From contig OZ024741.1 in NCBI GenBank assembly GCA_964016885.1, positions 129,952,001 to 130,016,000 of the forward strand: a stretch of DNA of 64,000 nucleotides, written 5' to 3'. Shown piece by piece: positions 29,680 through 44,160 of the stretch (positions within the stretch are counted from its first letter, which is position 1; the number at the start of each line of letters is the position of its first letter). The position numbers were made by a program, and so were the translations under genes. This stretch comes from Eledone cirrhosa. Taxonomy: Eukaryota. The notes under the pieces are model-generated. The model made no database searches. It worked only from the letters and a program-made list of their open reading frames with translations, and was not told the DNA's origin.

Positions 29680-32021
29680 TTGTTATACTTGGGGAGGGTC
29701 ATATTGTTGTAATAATATTGCCAGAAATCATAACAGAACACACTCACTGTTTGGTTGGTTTTCGCTTCTGTATCTTTTATATCTCCATAGTTAATTTATT
29801 TGGCAATCAATGTTTATCATTGATTGACAAACGGTTAAAAATACAGATATAAATAGATATATAGTCTAACAAAGTTCTTTCGTTGCACATCTGCAACATC
29901 ATCAGTGATACTACTATGTGCCCTCCTATTGTATTGTAATGTCTACGCCATAAGACCTGTATGCGGAGCCAATATTGTTAGCAACTACAGGATCTCCTAT
30001 TTCCTCTCTATGACTATAGGTCCCATAATTAAGGTGTCTCCAGATATATGTGACAGCACAGAGGACCTCCTCAGCAGAATCAATGAATGCAACAAAAACA
30101 AATACTTAACTAACTGCATAATAGGCAGTATGGATGTAGTATCACTGTACCCATCCATTAACATTGATTTTGCTGTGGGAAAATGTGTGGAAATAATCAG
30201 TGAGAGCGAAGTGGAGTTCTGCGACGTCGACACAGAGGAACTGGGCCTCCTACTTAAACTTACTTATGCAATAGGGGCTAGTATTAAAACTACCCACAAG
30301 GGCCATATGTTTAAATTTAACGAAAATATCTACACACAGAACGAGGGAGCAGCCATTGGCGTCAGCATAGCTGGTGATGTTGCCAATCTATTTATGGTAT
30401 GGTGGGAGAGGAGACTCAGAGAACTCCTTGAAGAGTGCTCCATAGACCTCGTCATGTACTCTCGTTACGTAGACGATATTAATATAGTAATAAGAACACC
30501 CCCAGAAGAGAATACTAATAAACATGATTTAGAAAATAGCACAATGGAGAACATCCAGCAGATAGCTAACTCCATACACTAGAGTATAACTGTAACTGTT
30601 GACTACTCTTCCAAACGCGCTAACAATAGACTACCAGTATTAGACACGGAACTCTGGATTAACACTATAGACGAGAGCGCCCAAATTCTCCACTCATACA
30701 ATTCTAAACCCATGGCCTCCAAATACCTGATACTCAAAAACTCAGCAAGGTCCAATAGTGATAAGTTTAATATTCTGATCGCAGACTTGGGTAGAGTGAT
30801 GAAGAATGTGTCCCGCATGTGCGACCCAACAGAAATGGAAAGACACATCCAACACTTCATCAACCGCATGCAGTTCTCTGGCTGCAACCAAAGAGACAGA
30901 ATCAGAGTATACAAAGGAGCCATGGAGAAATATAAGACCCTTATAGAAATGGACATGAAAGGAATTTGCCCATTATACAGGAGCAAATCATGGAATAGCT
31001 TAGATAGGACTAAACATAAGATAGGAAAAGCCACTTCATGGTAAGACAACCAGAGATACCAGAGTGTCATGTTCGTGGATGCTACCCCTGGAGGGAAATT
31101 AGCTAACCAATGTAGAAAGGCCCTAAGAAAGACCCATTTAAAATGTGTTATATGTAAAATGAACCCCCAGATAAACTGGAAAACTAGAAATGTAGTCTAT
31201 AGCATAAGATGTACAGAAGGTACTTGAAGAAACATGACAACGACATACATAGATGAGACAGCTCGAAGCATAGGAGAAAGAATAGACCAACACTGGGGGA
31301 AACTAAAAGGACAAAAAACGGTTCAGTACTATACGAACACCCCAGACAAAGAGATGACGGTAATATAGACAACATAGAAATTAAAATAATATGTAAACAT
31401 AGAAATGACTCAACAAGTAGGCAAATCAGAAAAGCAAGTGAAATAGAGCTAAGAAACCCAAAGTTAAAAAGAAAAAAATGAATGGAATAACAACAACAAC
31501 CAAACAAACAATACTGACTTAAGGGAAATATAAATAACAACAAACACATATAAACACAGACTAGTGAACAAGGATAGAATACAAAAATAAAAACACATAC
31601 ATACAAAAACACACACACCAAACATTATACACACACGTAAACGCATGAACAGAAACAGAGACAAGATGAAATAAATAAATAAATATACAAAATAAAAATG
31701 GCGTAGACATTACAATACAATAGGGGGGAACATAATAGTACCACTGATGATGTTGCAAATGTGCAACGAAAGAACTTTGATAGACTATATATATATATAT
31801 TTATATCTGTATTTTTAACCGTTGGTCAATCAATGATAAACGTTGATTGCCAAATAAATTAATTATGGAGATATAAAAGATACAGAAGCGAAAACCAACC
31901 AAACAAGGAGTGTGTTCTGTTATTATTTCTAGCAATATTATTACAACAATATGACCCTACCCAAGTATAACAATATTTGTTTCGACACACGATTTCATGT
32001 CAATAACCTTGCAAAACAAAT

Positions 32022-32025
<4 letters not shown>
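29680..32025 (+). mobile_element. Penelope-like element (RT + GIY-YIG), degraded, with inverted terminal pseudo-LTR
   Basis: SMDVVSLYPSI, QNEGAAIG, RYVDDI, LPVLD (PLE RT). VVYSIRC..TTTYI(D)ETAR (GIY-YIG). 29680-29907 is the reverse complement of ~31742-31973. Flanked by (TA)n. Confidence 0.92.
31738..31782 (+). ncRNA. Minimal type I hammerhead-like motif in the pLTR (inverted copy at ~29868-29907, minus strand)
   Basis: CA-CTGATGA-T-GTTGCA-aatg-TGCAAC-GAAA-GAACTT-TG. Stem I is short. Confidence 0.7.
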
Positions 32026-32106
<81 letters not shown>

Positions 32107-32109
<3 letters not shown>

Positions 32110-32466
32110 AGAAAAAAATGAAACGAAATTTCATTTCCCACTCTTAGTACGGCTGTTACTTAAATATAAGTATGTACACGTACATACATATATGTATACA
32201 GACGTACAGTTGTATGTATATATATATACATACATGCTCACATATATGTACGTATGGATTCACCGAACATTTATTATAATGCTCGGTGTGTTTGTAAACA
32301 AACATCCTGTATTAAGCCGTAGTGTCCAGCAACCAACGTTGCTCGTTTGTTCAACACTGACAAAGGAACGCTGTACTAGTTTCAAGCTTATTAGCTATCG
32401 TCAGCAACGTATACCTTCTGGCAGGAAGGTATACGTTGCTGACGATAGCTAATAAGCTTGAAACTA
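32107..32466 (-). mobile_element. Non-coding PLE pLTR-type repeat with terminal fold-back; related copy at 55036-55410
   Basis: Sequence shared with 55036-55300, hammerhead at one end, abuts (TA)n. Confidence 0.65.
32368..32410 (-). ncRNA. Minimal type I hammerhead ribozyme, apparently intact
   Basis: Minus strand reads ACGTTG-CTGACGA-T-AGCT-aata-AGCT-T-GAA-ACTAGT-A-CAGCGT. 6-bp stem I, palindromic stem III, GUA cleavage triplet. Confidence 0.85.
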
Positions 32467-32692
32467 CGTTTTCATCTTATTATTTATTTAATCAATTTAA
32501 ACGTCCGTATAGAGCTAGTAAGTGATGGTAAACTAATGGAAGTAACTAAAACGTTTTGCAGTTGAGAAACAACAAAAACAAATTGAATATAAAAATAAAC
32601 ATAAATTTAATATAACGAAGGCCAACAGGAGGCAAAATAATTATGAAAATTAAAGAAAAAATGGAATATATATATATATATTTTCCATTTTT

Positions 32693-32734
<42 letters not shown>

Positions 32735-32885
32735 TAGTATAGTACAATGGGTGTACAATTCATGCTACTTCTCATTACGACATGAAGATAATGTGGGTAT
32801 TGTAGTTAACTTTTAATGCACAGCTTACGTGAAACTTGAAATAGCGTAATTTATACACCTATTGTATTGTAGTCTTATACATATA

Positions 32886-33092
32886 CAGAGTCGGCCAAAA
32901 GTCACTTCTTACCTATTTATATTAATAAAACATTACAAAATAATTCAAAGCTAATTTTTTTCATAGTTAAATTAAAATTCATAATTGGATCTTGTTTTTA
33001 TTCAAATTTAATCTGAGAAAAAAAATGTTATAATAAAAAAAAAAAAAAAATTATGATTTTTTTTTAATAGGAAGAGACTTTGGCCCACCTTG
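32886..33092. mobile_element. Tc1/mariner-type MITE
   Basis: Imperfect TIRs CAGAGTCGGCCAAAAGTC..CCTATT / AATAGGAAGAGACTTTGGCCCACCTTG, flanked by TA. Confidence 0.6.
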
Positions 33093-33274
33093 TATATAAG
33101 TATGTATGTATAATTTATTAATTCTCCACCCATTGAGCTGCAACTTCGGTTATACTCATTATTTCATATATACACACACACACATATATATATACCACCA
33201 CCCCACTCTCAAGAGCACGAAATTAATAAACATTTGTTGTACTGCCTCTCTGTTTTGTTCCCGTTTAATTTTTC

Positions 33275-33353
<79 letters not shown>

Positions 33354-33384
33354 AAATATATAAATATATATGTAAGTTTATATA

Positions 33385-34575
33385 ACGGCGATGAATTAGT
33401 TTTTCGAGGTTTTTTATATGAAATCGTGTGTCGAAACAAATATTGTTATACTTGGGGAGGGTCATATTTGTGTAATATTGCCAGAATTAATAACAGAACA
33501 CACTCACTGTTTGGTTGGTTTTCGCTTTTCGCTTCTGTGTCTTTTATATCGGTAATCTAATATAATATAATATACTCGGTCCTCAATGTTGACATTGACT
33601 GACCGACGGTCAAAAATAATACAGATACAATATAGACACAAACACATATATATATAGTTTATCATAAATCTTTCGTTGCACATCTGCAACATCGTCAGTG
33701 GTTCTATTGTTTCCTCCTGTTGAATTGTATGGCTACGCCATTTTTATTCAGTCTGTCTATATATTTATTTATTTATTTGCTTGTTTGTTTATTTTATTTT
33801 GTCTTCTTTGCGCATGCGTTTGCGTGTGTGTATAGTGTTTTGTTTGATGTGTGATGTGTGTTCGTGATTGGGTGACTAATGTGTGTTTATGTGTTTGTTG
33901 TTATTGTGCTTGTGTATGTATTTATTTATTTATTTATTTATTTTATTTTATTTTATTTTATTTACTTATTTATACTTCTCTTAGATCAGTGTTGTTTGTT
34001 TGGGTGTTGTTATTCCATTCATTCTTTCTGTTTAGTCTTGGTCTTCTAATTTCTATTTCACTGGCCTCTCTGATTTGCCTATCTGCTGGGTCATTTCTAT
34101 GTTTAGATATTATTCTAATTTCTATGTTGTCTATGTTACCGTCGTGTTGTTGTCTGGCATGTTCATATAGTACTGACCCGTTTTTTCGTCCTTTTAGTTC
34201 CCCCCAGTGTTGGTCTATCCTTTCACCTATGCTACGAGCTGTCTCACCTATGTATGTTGTTGTCATGTTTCTGCAGGTACCCTCTGTACATCTTATGCTA
34301 TAGACTACGTTTCTAGTTTTACAGTTTATCCGGGGGTTTACCTTACATATGATACATTTCCTATTGGTACAGTGGGTTTTCTTAAAAGGGTAGGTTTTGC
34401 TGATCAGGGATTTTATGGTGGTTCCTGGCTTTTCTACACCTTAATTTTTAAGTGGGTCTTTCTCAGGGCCTTTCTACACTGGTTAGCTAATTTCCCTCCA
34501 GGGGTAGCGTCCACAAACATGACACTCTGGTATCTCTGGTTGTCGTACCATGAGGTGGCTTTCCCTATCTTATGT
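33385..34575 (-). mobile_element. Second Penelope-like copy, 5'-truncated (GIY-YIG end + pLTR with hammerhead motif at ~33660-33702)
   Basis: ORF 33970-34266 TTTYIGETARSIGERIDQH..RQIREA..PRLN. ORF 34434-34634 matches the first copy. Minus strand CTGACGA-T-GTTGCA..TGCAAC-GAAAGATTTA. Confidence 0.9.
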
Positions 34576-35279
34576 CTGCACATCCAGCAGGTGATCATCA
34601 TGCAAAATATTATGTCGAATATAATATATTCCATTCTAGTATGTTCTGAGATTAACGTATCTTGAAACAGCGTTCATTGATACTCTCAAAACTTACTGGC
34701 AACTCTATTCATAGCAAAAAAATAGAACAAAATTTAATTTTTTTTGTTTCGTTTCCTTATGAAAAAAAAGAAAATTCTTCGGTGATGAGGCTACCAATAT
34801 ATTTATCGTATATAAATGTATTATATTTGTTTATATTTTTTCGTATACCTGTATTAAATCAATATTTACCCTGGTCGAAGTAGAAGGCATGCCAACACAT
34901 CCATTTGAAGACTGAATCATTTTTTGGGGATTAGCATTTTTAACTATCTCTTCCTTTCTAGCACCGGAATATTTTTCGTAGAAATATTAGGGTGTAGTTT
35001 TGTTTCTGCATATATATATATTTATATATAGATATATACATATACACACACATATATATTTATATATATGTATGTATGCTTATATATATATATATATGTG
35101 TGTGTGTTTGTGTGGTAGGCGTGTGTGTAACATAGTTATAGGATGTTCACCTGTTAAAGCATTCAATGCGGTTATGAGGGTCCGATATCAAAGCAATTGT
35201 CATATGCTAATAAAGTTTATTTATGGTGCAACCTTGACTTCGTTCCTGTTTACTCATATATATGTTTATATATATATAT

Positions 35280-35317
<38 letters not shown>

Positions 35318-35334
35318 CGACTTTCGTCAAATCG

Positions 35335-35520
35335 GACCAAGTAAACAATGTTTTCGTCGGTCTTTCCAGTGGCTAGTACTATCTATCGGTCGCAACTCCA
35401 GGTTGAAGGAGCAACATGAAATAAAGTGTGTTGTTCAAGGAGATAACGCATCGCCCGGTCCAGGAATTGAACACAGAATCTCAAGATTGTGAATCCAATT
35501 CTCTAACCACTCAGCCATAC
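35335..35520 (-). mobile_element. tRNA-derived SINE fragment (second family)
   Basis: Reverse complement has A-box GGCTGAGTGGTTAGAG and B-box GTTCAATTCC. Similar to 45822-45950 (+) and 39035-39195 (-). Confidence 0.65.
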
Positions 35521-35535
35521 ACCTTCTATATGTGC

Positions 35536-36360
<825 letters not shown>

Positions 36361-36529
36361 GAGGGGTATGTATGCATATATGCGTGCGTGTATGCATCAC
36401 ATACATACGAATACTGAATATACACTCTACCGACATGTAAGACAAACACGCTTCCTTTTATCATGCATGTTTTTGCAATCATATTAACTATTAAAACAAG
36501 ATCTATCATTCTGTGAAGTCAAATACCTC

Positions 36530-37166
36530 CGGCACAACCACAAACACCACCCCACCACCCTCCCCCATCATCACCACCACATCCATCAGCACCCCTCCCA
36601 ACACCACAACCACCACCACCACAACCACCAGCACCAGCACCAGCACCACCACCACCACCACCACTACCACCAACACCACCACCACCGCCAGCCCCACCAC
36701 CACCACCACCACCACCACCACCACCACTAACACCAACACCACCACCACCACCACTACCACCACCACCACCAACACCACCACCACCACCACCACCACCACC
36801 ACCACCACCACCACCACTAACACCACCGCCACCACCACCACCACCACTAACACCACCGCCACCACCACCACCACCACCACTAACACCACCGCCACCACCA
36901 CTAACACCACCGCCACCACCACCAACACCACCACCACCACCACCACCACTACCACCAACACCACCACCACCACCACCACCACTAACACCACCGTCACCAT
37001 CACCACCACCACCACTAACACCACCGCCACCACCACCACCACCACCACCACTAACACCACCGCCACCACCACCACCACCACTAACACCACCGCCACCACC
37101 ACCACCACCACGACCACCACCACAACCCCCACCATCATCACCACCACCACTACAACTACCAGCACC

Positions 37167-37197
<31 letters not shown>

Positions 37198-37361
37198 CCA
37201 CCACCACCACCACCACCACCACCACCACCACCACTAACACCACCGCCACCACCACCACCACCACCACTAACACCACCGCCACCACCACCACCACCACCAC
37301 CACCACCACCACCACCACAACCCCCACCATCATCACCACCACCACTACAACTACCAGCACC

Positions 37362-37392
<31 letters not shown>

Positions 37393-37890
37393 CCACCACT
37401 AACACCACCGCCACCACCACCACCACCACCACTAACACCACCGCCACCACCACCACCACCACCACCACCACCACAACCACCACCATCATCACCACCACCA
37501 CTACAACTACCAGCACCACCAGCACCAGCACCAGCACCACCACCACCACCACCACTAACACCACCACCACCACCACCACCACCACTAACACCACCGCCAC
37601 CACCACCACCACCACAACTACCAGCACCACCAGCACCACCACCACAACCACCACCACCACCACCACCACAACCACCACCATCATCACCACCACCACTACA
37701 ACTACCAGCACCACCAGCACCAGCACCACCACCACCACCACCACTAACACCACCACCACCACCACCACCACCACTAACACCACCGCCGCCACCACCACCA
37801 CCACAACTACCACCGCCACCACCACCACCACCACAACTACCAGCACCACCAGCACCACCACCACAACCACCACCACCACCACCAGTACAA
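36530..37890 (+). repeat. Cryptic (ACC)n trinucleotide tract, open as poly-Thr (ORF 36513-37937)
   Basis: ACC with ACT-AAC, GCC, AGC and ATC variants in recurring blocks. Confidence 0.9.
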
Positions 37891-38154
37891 CTTCAACCTC
37901 CGACTGTGTTCTGTGCACTCAGCTATCAACAACATGATATACCCAGCGACCATATTGTTCGATGCCCGACCCCTCCACCAATGTACCCCTACACTCGACC
38001 CCCGTGTCTATAATAAAACAAATACCACGAATGTATACATTGTTTTCACGGTAAATTTGTGGTTTGCGTTTCAAGTCATACATCAATCTTAACTAGGGTA
38101 GCACTCAAGATTCCATATATGAGCATTGCTGCATACATGCAGATGTCATTATGA

Positions 38155-38403
<249 letters not shown>

Positions 38404-39429
38404 ATTGTGGAAGTGGACCTGTTGTTATAATAACAAACTACGGCGGCCAACCACAATCGAGCATGACTTGGTAGAATGTATCATACTTTCGTAAATGATT
38501 TGTGATGTCCACGCAGTTGCGAGCAGACATAGACCCCCTTCTTAATCATCCCTCCCTTGATCCAGCAGAACAATCAAGATGTGACAGCAGGAAGGAGTGT
38601 GGGTTACACTAGCACTGAACTGATACTTTGGACATCGACCCTATGTCTAGGGCTATGGCAAAGAGGTTGTGTGGTTGACTGAAAGGACTGAAGATAGATA
38701 CATTCTTCTTTGGTAAAGTTGTCTCCAACTGTTTCGAGTTTCATTTGGCAAGGCATTTGAGGGTGGATAAGGGAGTGCACTCCTCCAGGAAATTTACCAA
38801 AATGGTGGGTGAAAGTAGCGAAAAGGGCAAGAGTGAATGTAGTTGGACAAGGACAGTTACGAGAGAGCACTTGCCCTTGGAGGTCAATGTGATTATGGGT
38901 ATGTGGGATGCCTTAATTAGTTACTTGAAGTTTGTTCTAAGCCGAAGGCTCATCAGACCGGTGCTTATCCTTGTTGTTAAGCGACTGAGAGTACAAGACT
39001 CTCCCTTAATTTGTCGCAGGTCTATCGCAGGTTAATCTCCCTAGCTACTGCTGATATTTACTCTCAGCTGGGTGTACTGGGGCAACGTGGAAACATATTT
39101 TGCTAAAGAACACAACATACAACCCAGTCCAGCAATAGAACTGACGACATTAGGATCGTACGTCAAGTATCCTAACCATTGGCCATGCGCCTTCTCGCTT
39201 AATTAGCCTTAGGTATTTAGCTCTCTTTACTAAGACGACTGGATGCTTTACAGAATTCTATACTATGTATACCTATCTTTTACATTATGTATACTTCTTA
39301 CACATTTTTTCTCATTTCTATGTAACCCCCGCAGCCACCTTCATGTAATTTGTCTTTGTACTGTCTCCTTTATCCGTTGCCCATAAAGCAAATAAAAAAA
39401 TCCTTATTTATATTATTACTGGCATTTAG

Positions 39430-39880
39430 TCACAAAAGACGGCAAATTGGCAGAATCGTTAGAACGTCGGATAGAAGGTTTTGTGATATTCGTACCGACA
39501 CTCCGCTCTTTGAGTTCAAATCTCGCCGAGTTAAACTTTGTCTTTCATCATTTCGATGTCTATAGAAGTAATTGTTTCTACTTTTGGCAGATGTCCAGCA
39601 ATTACCCCAGTGCATTACTGGTACTTTATTTTATCGACCCCGTAAGGATGAAAGGCAAAGTTTACCTCGATGGGATTTGAACTCAATAATTGTTTCTACT
39701 TTTGGCACAAGGCCAGTAATTACCCCAGTGTGTTACTGGTACTTTAATTTATCGACCCTATAAGGATGAAAGGCAAAGTTTACCTCGGCGGGATTTGAAC
39801 TCAGATCATAAAGGACCTCAATTCTATGCTGCAAAGCATGGCGCCCGACCCACTACCGATACTGCTAATCCACTGCTATG
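39430..39880. mobile_element. Cluster of MetaSINE-like SINEs: one + head (39430-39560) and two tandem minus copies (39567-39685, 39686-39877)
   Basis: Reverse-complement core GGTACTTTATTTTATCGACCCC..GATGAAAGGCAAAG..GGGATTTGAACTC appears twice. Confidence 0.8.
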
Positions 39881-40466
39881 TGGATTATCTATAGAAATAA
39901 TACCAGTTCGATACTGATGTCGATTCTTCCCCTATATCTCTTTCTCGTTTCCCCTCTCTCATTTTCATTTGTTCTTTGGAAAAAATGTGTTGTACCCATG
40001 CCTGGAGAGAGATGGGCTCCGCCAGGCTTAAAATGCCCAAGAATTGCCGTATGTCAATACAGCGCCGCTACGACACCTTCCTTACTTACAGTAGTTACCA
40101 TACTACGTAAATTTTAATAATAATGATGGTGGTGGTGGTGGTGAACTGCAAATGCAAAGGCCCGTCAGCATCATCTTACTCACAAGAAAAAAAGAAATAA
40201 CAAAAAACAAAACAGAAACAACGACAACGACAACAACAGCAGTAGCAGCAATATTTCGCCAGATTGCATATCTGTTGGCAAGGTGACGTCACAGATGCTG
40301 TTTCTTTTTCTCTTTGATGTTTGATCTAAGATCACACATAGAGAAATATTTCTCCATCCTTCTGCTCTCTCTCTCCCCTCTCTCTCTTTCTCTTTCTCTC
40401 TCTCCCCCGCTCACTCTCACTCTCTCTTACCCTAAACACATACACCCATACATATATACACATTTA

Positions 40467-40518
<52 letters not shown>

Positions 40519-40584
40519 AACAAAAATACAAACACTCACATATATACATAAATAAATATATATATATATAAGTATATAAATATA

Positions 40585-40619
<35 letters not shown>

Positions 40620-40851
40620 ATATATATATAGTGAGAGAGAGAGAGAGAGTGAGGGAGAGAGAGAGAGAGAGAGAGAGATAGAGAGAGAGATTTTGTTTGA
40701 ATGTTTTTACTCTGCAGCTACGATGCATGCTGTGTGAGACGACTAGCTGGAAGTAAATTTCCAGCGTGTATGCTTACACACTCAATATTACAACGTATAC
40801 GGGCGCATACATAAATACTGGCATATGCACACACACAGAAACACACGAACG

Positions 40852-40889
<38 letters not shown>

Positions 40890-41584
40890 TACACACACGC
40901 ACACACGCGCACATACGCCCACACACACACGCGTGCACACAAGCGCACACACACGCATGCGCGTGCGCACACACATATATATATGTAAAAAGTAAACAAA
41001 AATAACCAGCAAAACGATACAGTACAATAAAGAAATATATTAGTTTAACGCTTGTAATAATAGGAAAAGTGTATCAATGTTTTGGACACTAGTCCTTCAT
41101 TAGAAGATAGAATGAGAAATAAAAAATGAAATAGAAAGATAAAGTTTGAGAAGAGGAAGGGACGGAAAAAATGTGAAAAAACACACGTACGTATTCAGTC
41201 AGCCATTTCTCTATATATATGCGTGTCTGCATGTGTGTGTGTGTATGCATACATCTCTGAATGTGTATATATAAATATATATATATATATTTTTGAAGGA
41301 CTGCTGGACTTTCAAAGTTAGCGGTTCTTCTAGCACTGAGGGAGAATATCGCTGAATATTAATATCGATGTAGTTTTTTTTTTGTTTTTTAAATATTGCT
41401 TGGGCATTCCACTGAAGAGTTATAAGAGCCCACTTGCAAGTAAATCTGTTGATCATATGTAAGCTTCTACATAACTTGGACTTTTTTCTCCCACCTTGTA
41501 GAAATCTTATAACGAAACGATCGTATGGAAAGTGAGATTTATTTAATTATGTCTCATATAAAATAATACAGCCGACTTTCCACA

Positions 41585-41765
41585 TAATTGTTTCTACTTT
41601 AGGCACAAGGCCAGCAATTACCAGTGCATTACTGGTACTTTATTTTATCGACCCCGTAAGGATGAAAGGCAAAGTCAACCTCGGCGGGATTTGAACTCAG
41701 ATGGTAAAGGGACGTAACTATGCTGGAAAGCATGGCGTCCGACCCTCTACCGATACTGCCAATCC
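41585..41765 (-). mobile_element. MetaSINE-like SINE
   Basis: Full reverse-complement match to the 44768 copy. Confidence 0.85.
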
Positions 41766-41888
41766 ATACAATATAGTTAGCACCCCAAACGTATAATTGG
41801 GAATATACTTAGGTATTTCCTAATGTTTGTTGAGTGAGATCGAAGTTGGTCGGAGTATCGCTAATAGCTTTCTCTGTTAATGTATTAA

Positions 41889-41964
<76 letters not shown>

Positions 41965-42199
41965 TGTGACCAGCCAGCGGCGCCGAATGGACGCCCGACA
42001 GACTGGTCGGTCAAGGTCAAGGTGATATATATATGTATATATGAATGAACGCATTGTATATTTAATGATATACTGTATGTTTATTTTAAAACATTTTGAA
42101 GGCCTTCGAGTCGTAGGTTTTACAATAGATTTATCCTTCTAGAATGATAGAATGATGTCTTAACACACACAAGACCAGCAACCTTTCCACCAATACTCA

Positions 42200-43780
42200 A
42201 AAATGGAAGAAAAAATTCTTTTTCGTCCTCACCGAACTTCATCTCAATCCCCTCCACTTGGAGCGGAAGGGAAAGTAAAGAATTTCAAAGCTATCTGTAG
42301 TGATCGCACTGGCAGAAGAAGGGGTGGGACTGCCATTTTTGTGCATGATTCTTTTTCAACAGAGGCTAAGAACATATTTACCAATGGATACTGTGAAGCA
42401 GTCACCGCGTACAGTAAAACCAACAGCTTAATAGTAGTTGAGCTCTATAGGCCACCACAAACGCCTCTACCATGCTTCAAGGAACGCCTCAACTGCATAA
42501 AGTGTTTCATCGAACAGTGTCACCTTGGAAACATCTTAATGATGAGGTACTTCAACCTCCCCAGTGTTGACTGGTCCACAAACAGCTTGATACGAAATTT
42601 TTCCACTTCAACCACTAACAAGGCGGCAGTAGAATTGCTTGGAGGAGTCTTTTCTGTCCAAACTTTTGCTCGAACCAACAAAGTGCCACAAAAATCATCT
42701 TGGACCTAATGTTCAGTAACCACACTGACACTATACACAATATTGTAGTGGAAAAAACTCTACTCTCAGACCATGACATGGTTCTCTGTGATCTAAGATT
42801 CCACCGTCCAAAAAGCAACCCCAATGACATCTCTCAAGTTCATCCATTTGACACCATCGATCATCATAATGCAAACTGGTAAGCGATCAATCATGATCTT
42901 GCAGATGTCGATTGGTCTTTCACGCACAGTCACACACCCACTATCATCAAAAAATCCTGCTAAACATTTGTAGATACTGTAACAAATATATGTGAAAAAC
43001 ATACCCCATTAAGATCTGTAAAAATCAAATTGCAGCATCTCTAGAAATAGAAGAACACTTAGAAAAATTAAACGAATTAACAAAAAAATCAACAAACTGA
43101 AATACTGCCAGCAGTAACACACCCATTTGACTGCCATTGCATCACTAGAATCGAAAAAGAACAACATCCAAAACAGCATGATGTCTATCATCAACAATCA
43201 AAGAGCAGCTGAAGAGGCCTGGGTCATTGAGAAAATCAAACTAAATCTCAAAGTGTTCTTTTCTTTTGCGAAAGAACACAAAGTCAGTGGCTTCACTGTT
43301 CGCCCTCTAATTGATGAAAATAACACTCTCCAAGATAATGCTAAAACCATAGGGGAGATACTGCAGAAACAATACTGCTGTTTTCAGCAAACCTGAAATG
43401 GCTGATTTGGACTGTATTAGTGATGTTAATCCCCAACACACTATATCGGACATAACGTTTGGCGCCCCTGAACACTTAGCGGCAATAAAAGTAACTAAAC
43501 ACAATTCAGCAGTAGGCCTCAATAGGTTCCATGCTTGTCTCCTGAAGGTGTGTCGACACCAACTTGCATCTCCTTTTGCTAATTTGTGGAGGAACTCCCT
43601 GGATGCTGGATATGTGCCAGAAAACTTACTATCCAAATCTGTTGTCCCAGTTTTCAAAAAGGGAAACAAATCCTTTGCCGTGAATTACCGTCCAATCTTA
43701 CTCATATCATTAAGGTATTTGATAGTTCACGAATAACTCACTTTATTGAAGGCAACAATCTGTTGAACTCCAACCAACCG
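42200..43780 (+). pseudogene. Degraded CR1/L2-group LINE ORF2 (APE and start of RT)
   Basis: DRTGRRRGGTAIFV, LYRPP, FNLPSVDW, DLMFSN, LSDHDMV, VVPVFKKG..NYRPI. Many stops and frameshifts. Confidence 0.8.
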
Positions 43781-43799
43781 ATCGCGCGGTTAAACCACT

Positions 43800-44160
43800 G
43801 GGAGTGAAGGATCCCTAGACTTTGTCAGAGCATTCTTCTAGAAGAAGGCAACTCAGGAAACTGGGATAACTCTGATATAAAACCTGCGGCTCAGTAGTTA
43901 CCGATGATGTTGATCTTTTCTTCTTTTCGGGTTATAGCTACTGTCGCTCAGAGAGTGGGATTGGCTCAGTGCACAGTCTTTCCTCACTTTAAAAAATATC
44001 TTCGCGCACAGGCATTGCACGATAGAATTAATTAATAATTATTAATAATGTTATATCGTGCAATGGCCATACTCGATAACGAGGGGGCAGCCATCATGTA
44101 TGTATGTATGTATGTATGTATGTATGTATGTATGTATGTATGTATGTATGTATGTATGTA
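43800..44160 (+). mobile_element. Short non-autonomous element with RTE-like 3' stem-loop and (ATGT)n tail
   Basis: End GGCCATACTCGATAACGAGGGGGCAGCCATC(ATGT)n. Parts recur at 52819-52932. Confidence 0.6.

Noticed and set aside
36506-37918. 470-aa poly-Val ORF on the minus strand
   Set aside because: It is the antisense of the (ACC)n tract.
38460-39035. Complex sequence with short ORFs
   Set aside because: No recognisable motif. Probably an old TE remnant that needs a database search.
41960-42170. GC-richer island starting TGTGAC, possible solo LTR
   Set aside because: No second copy, TSD or clear terminus.
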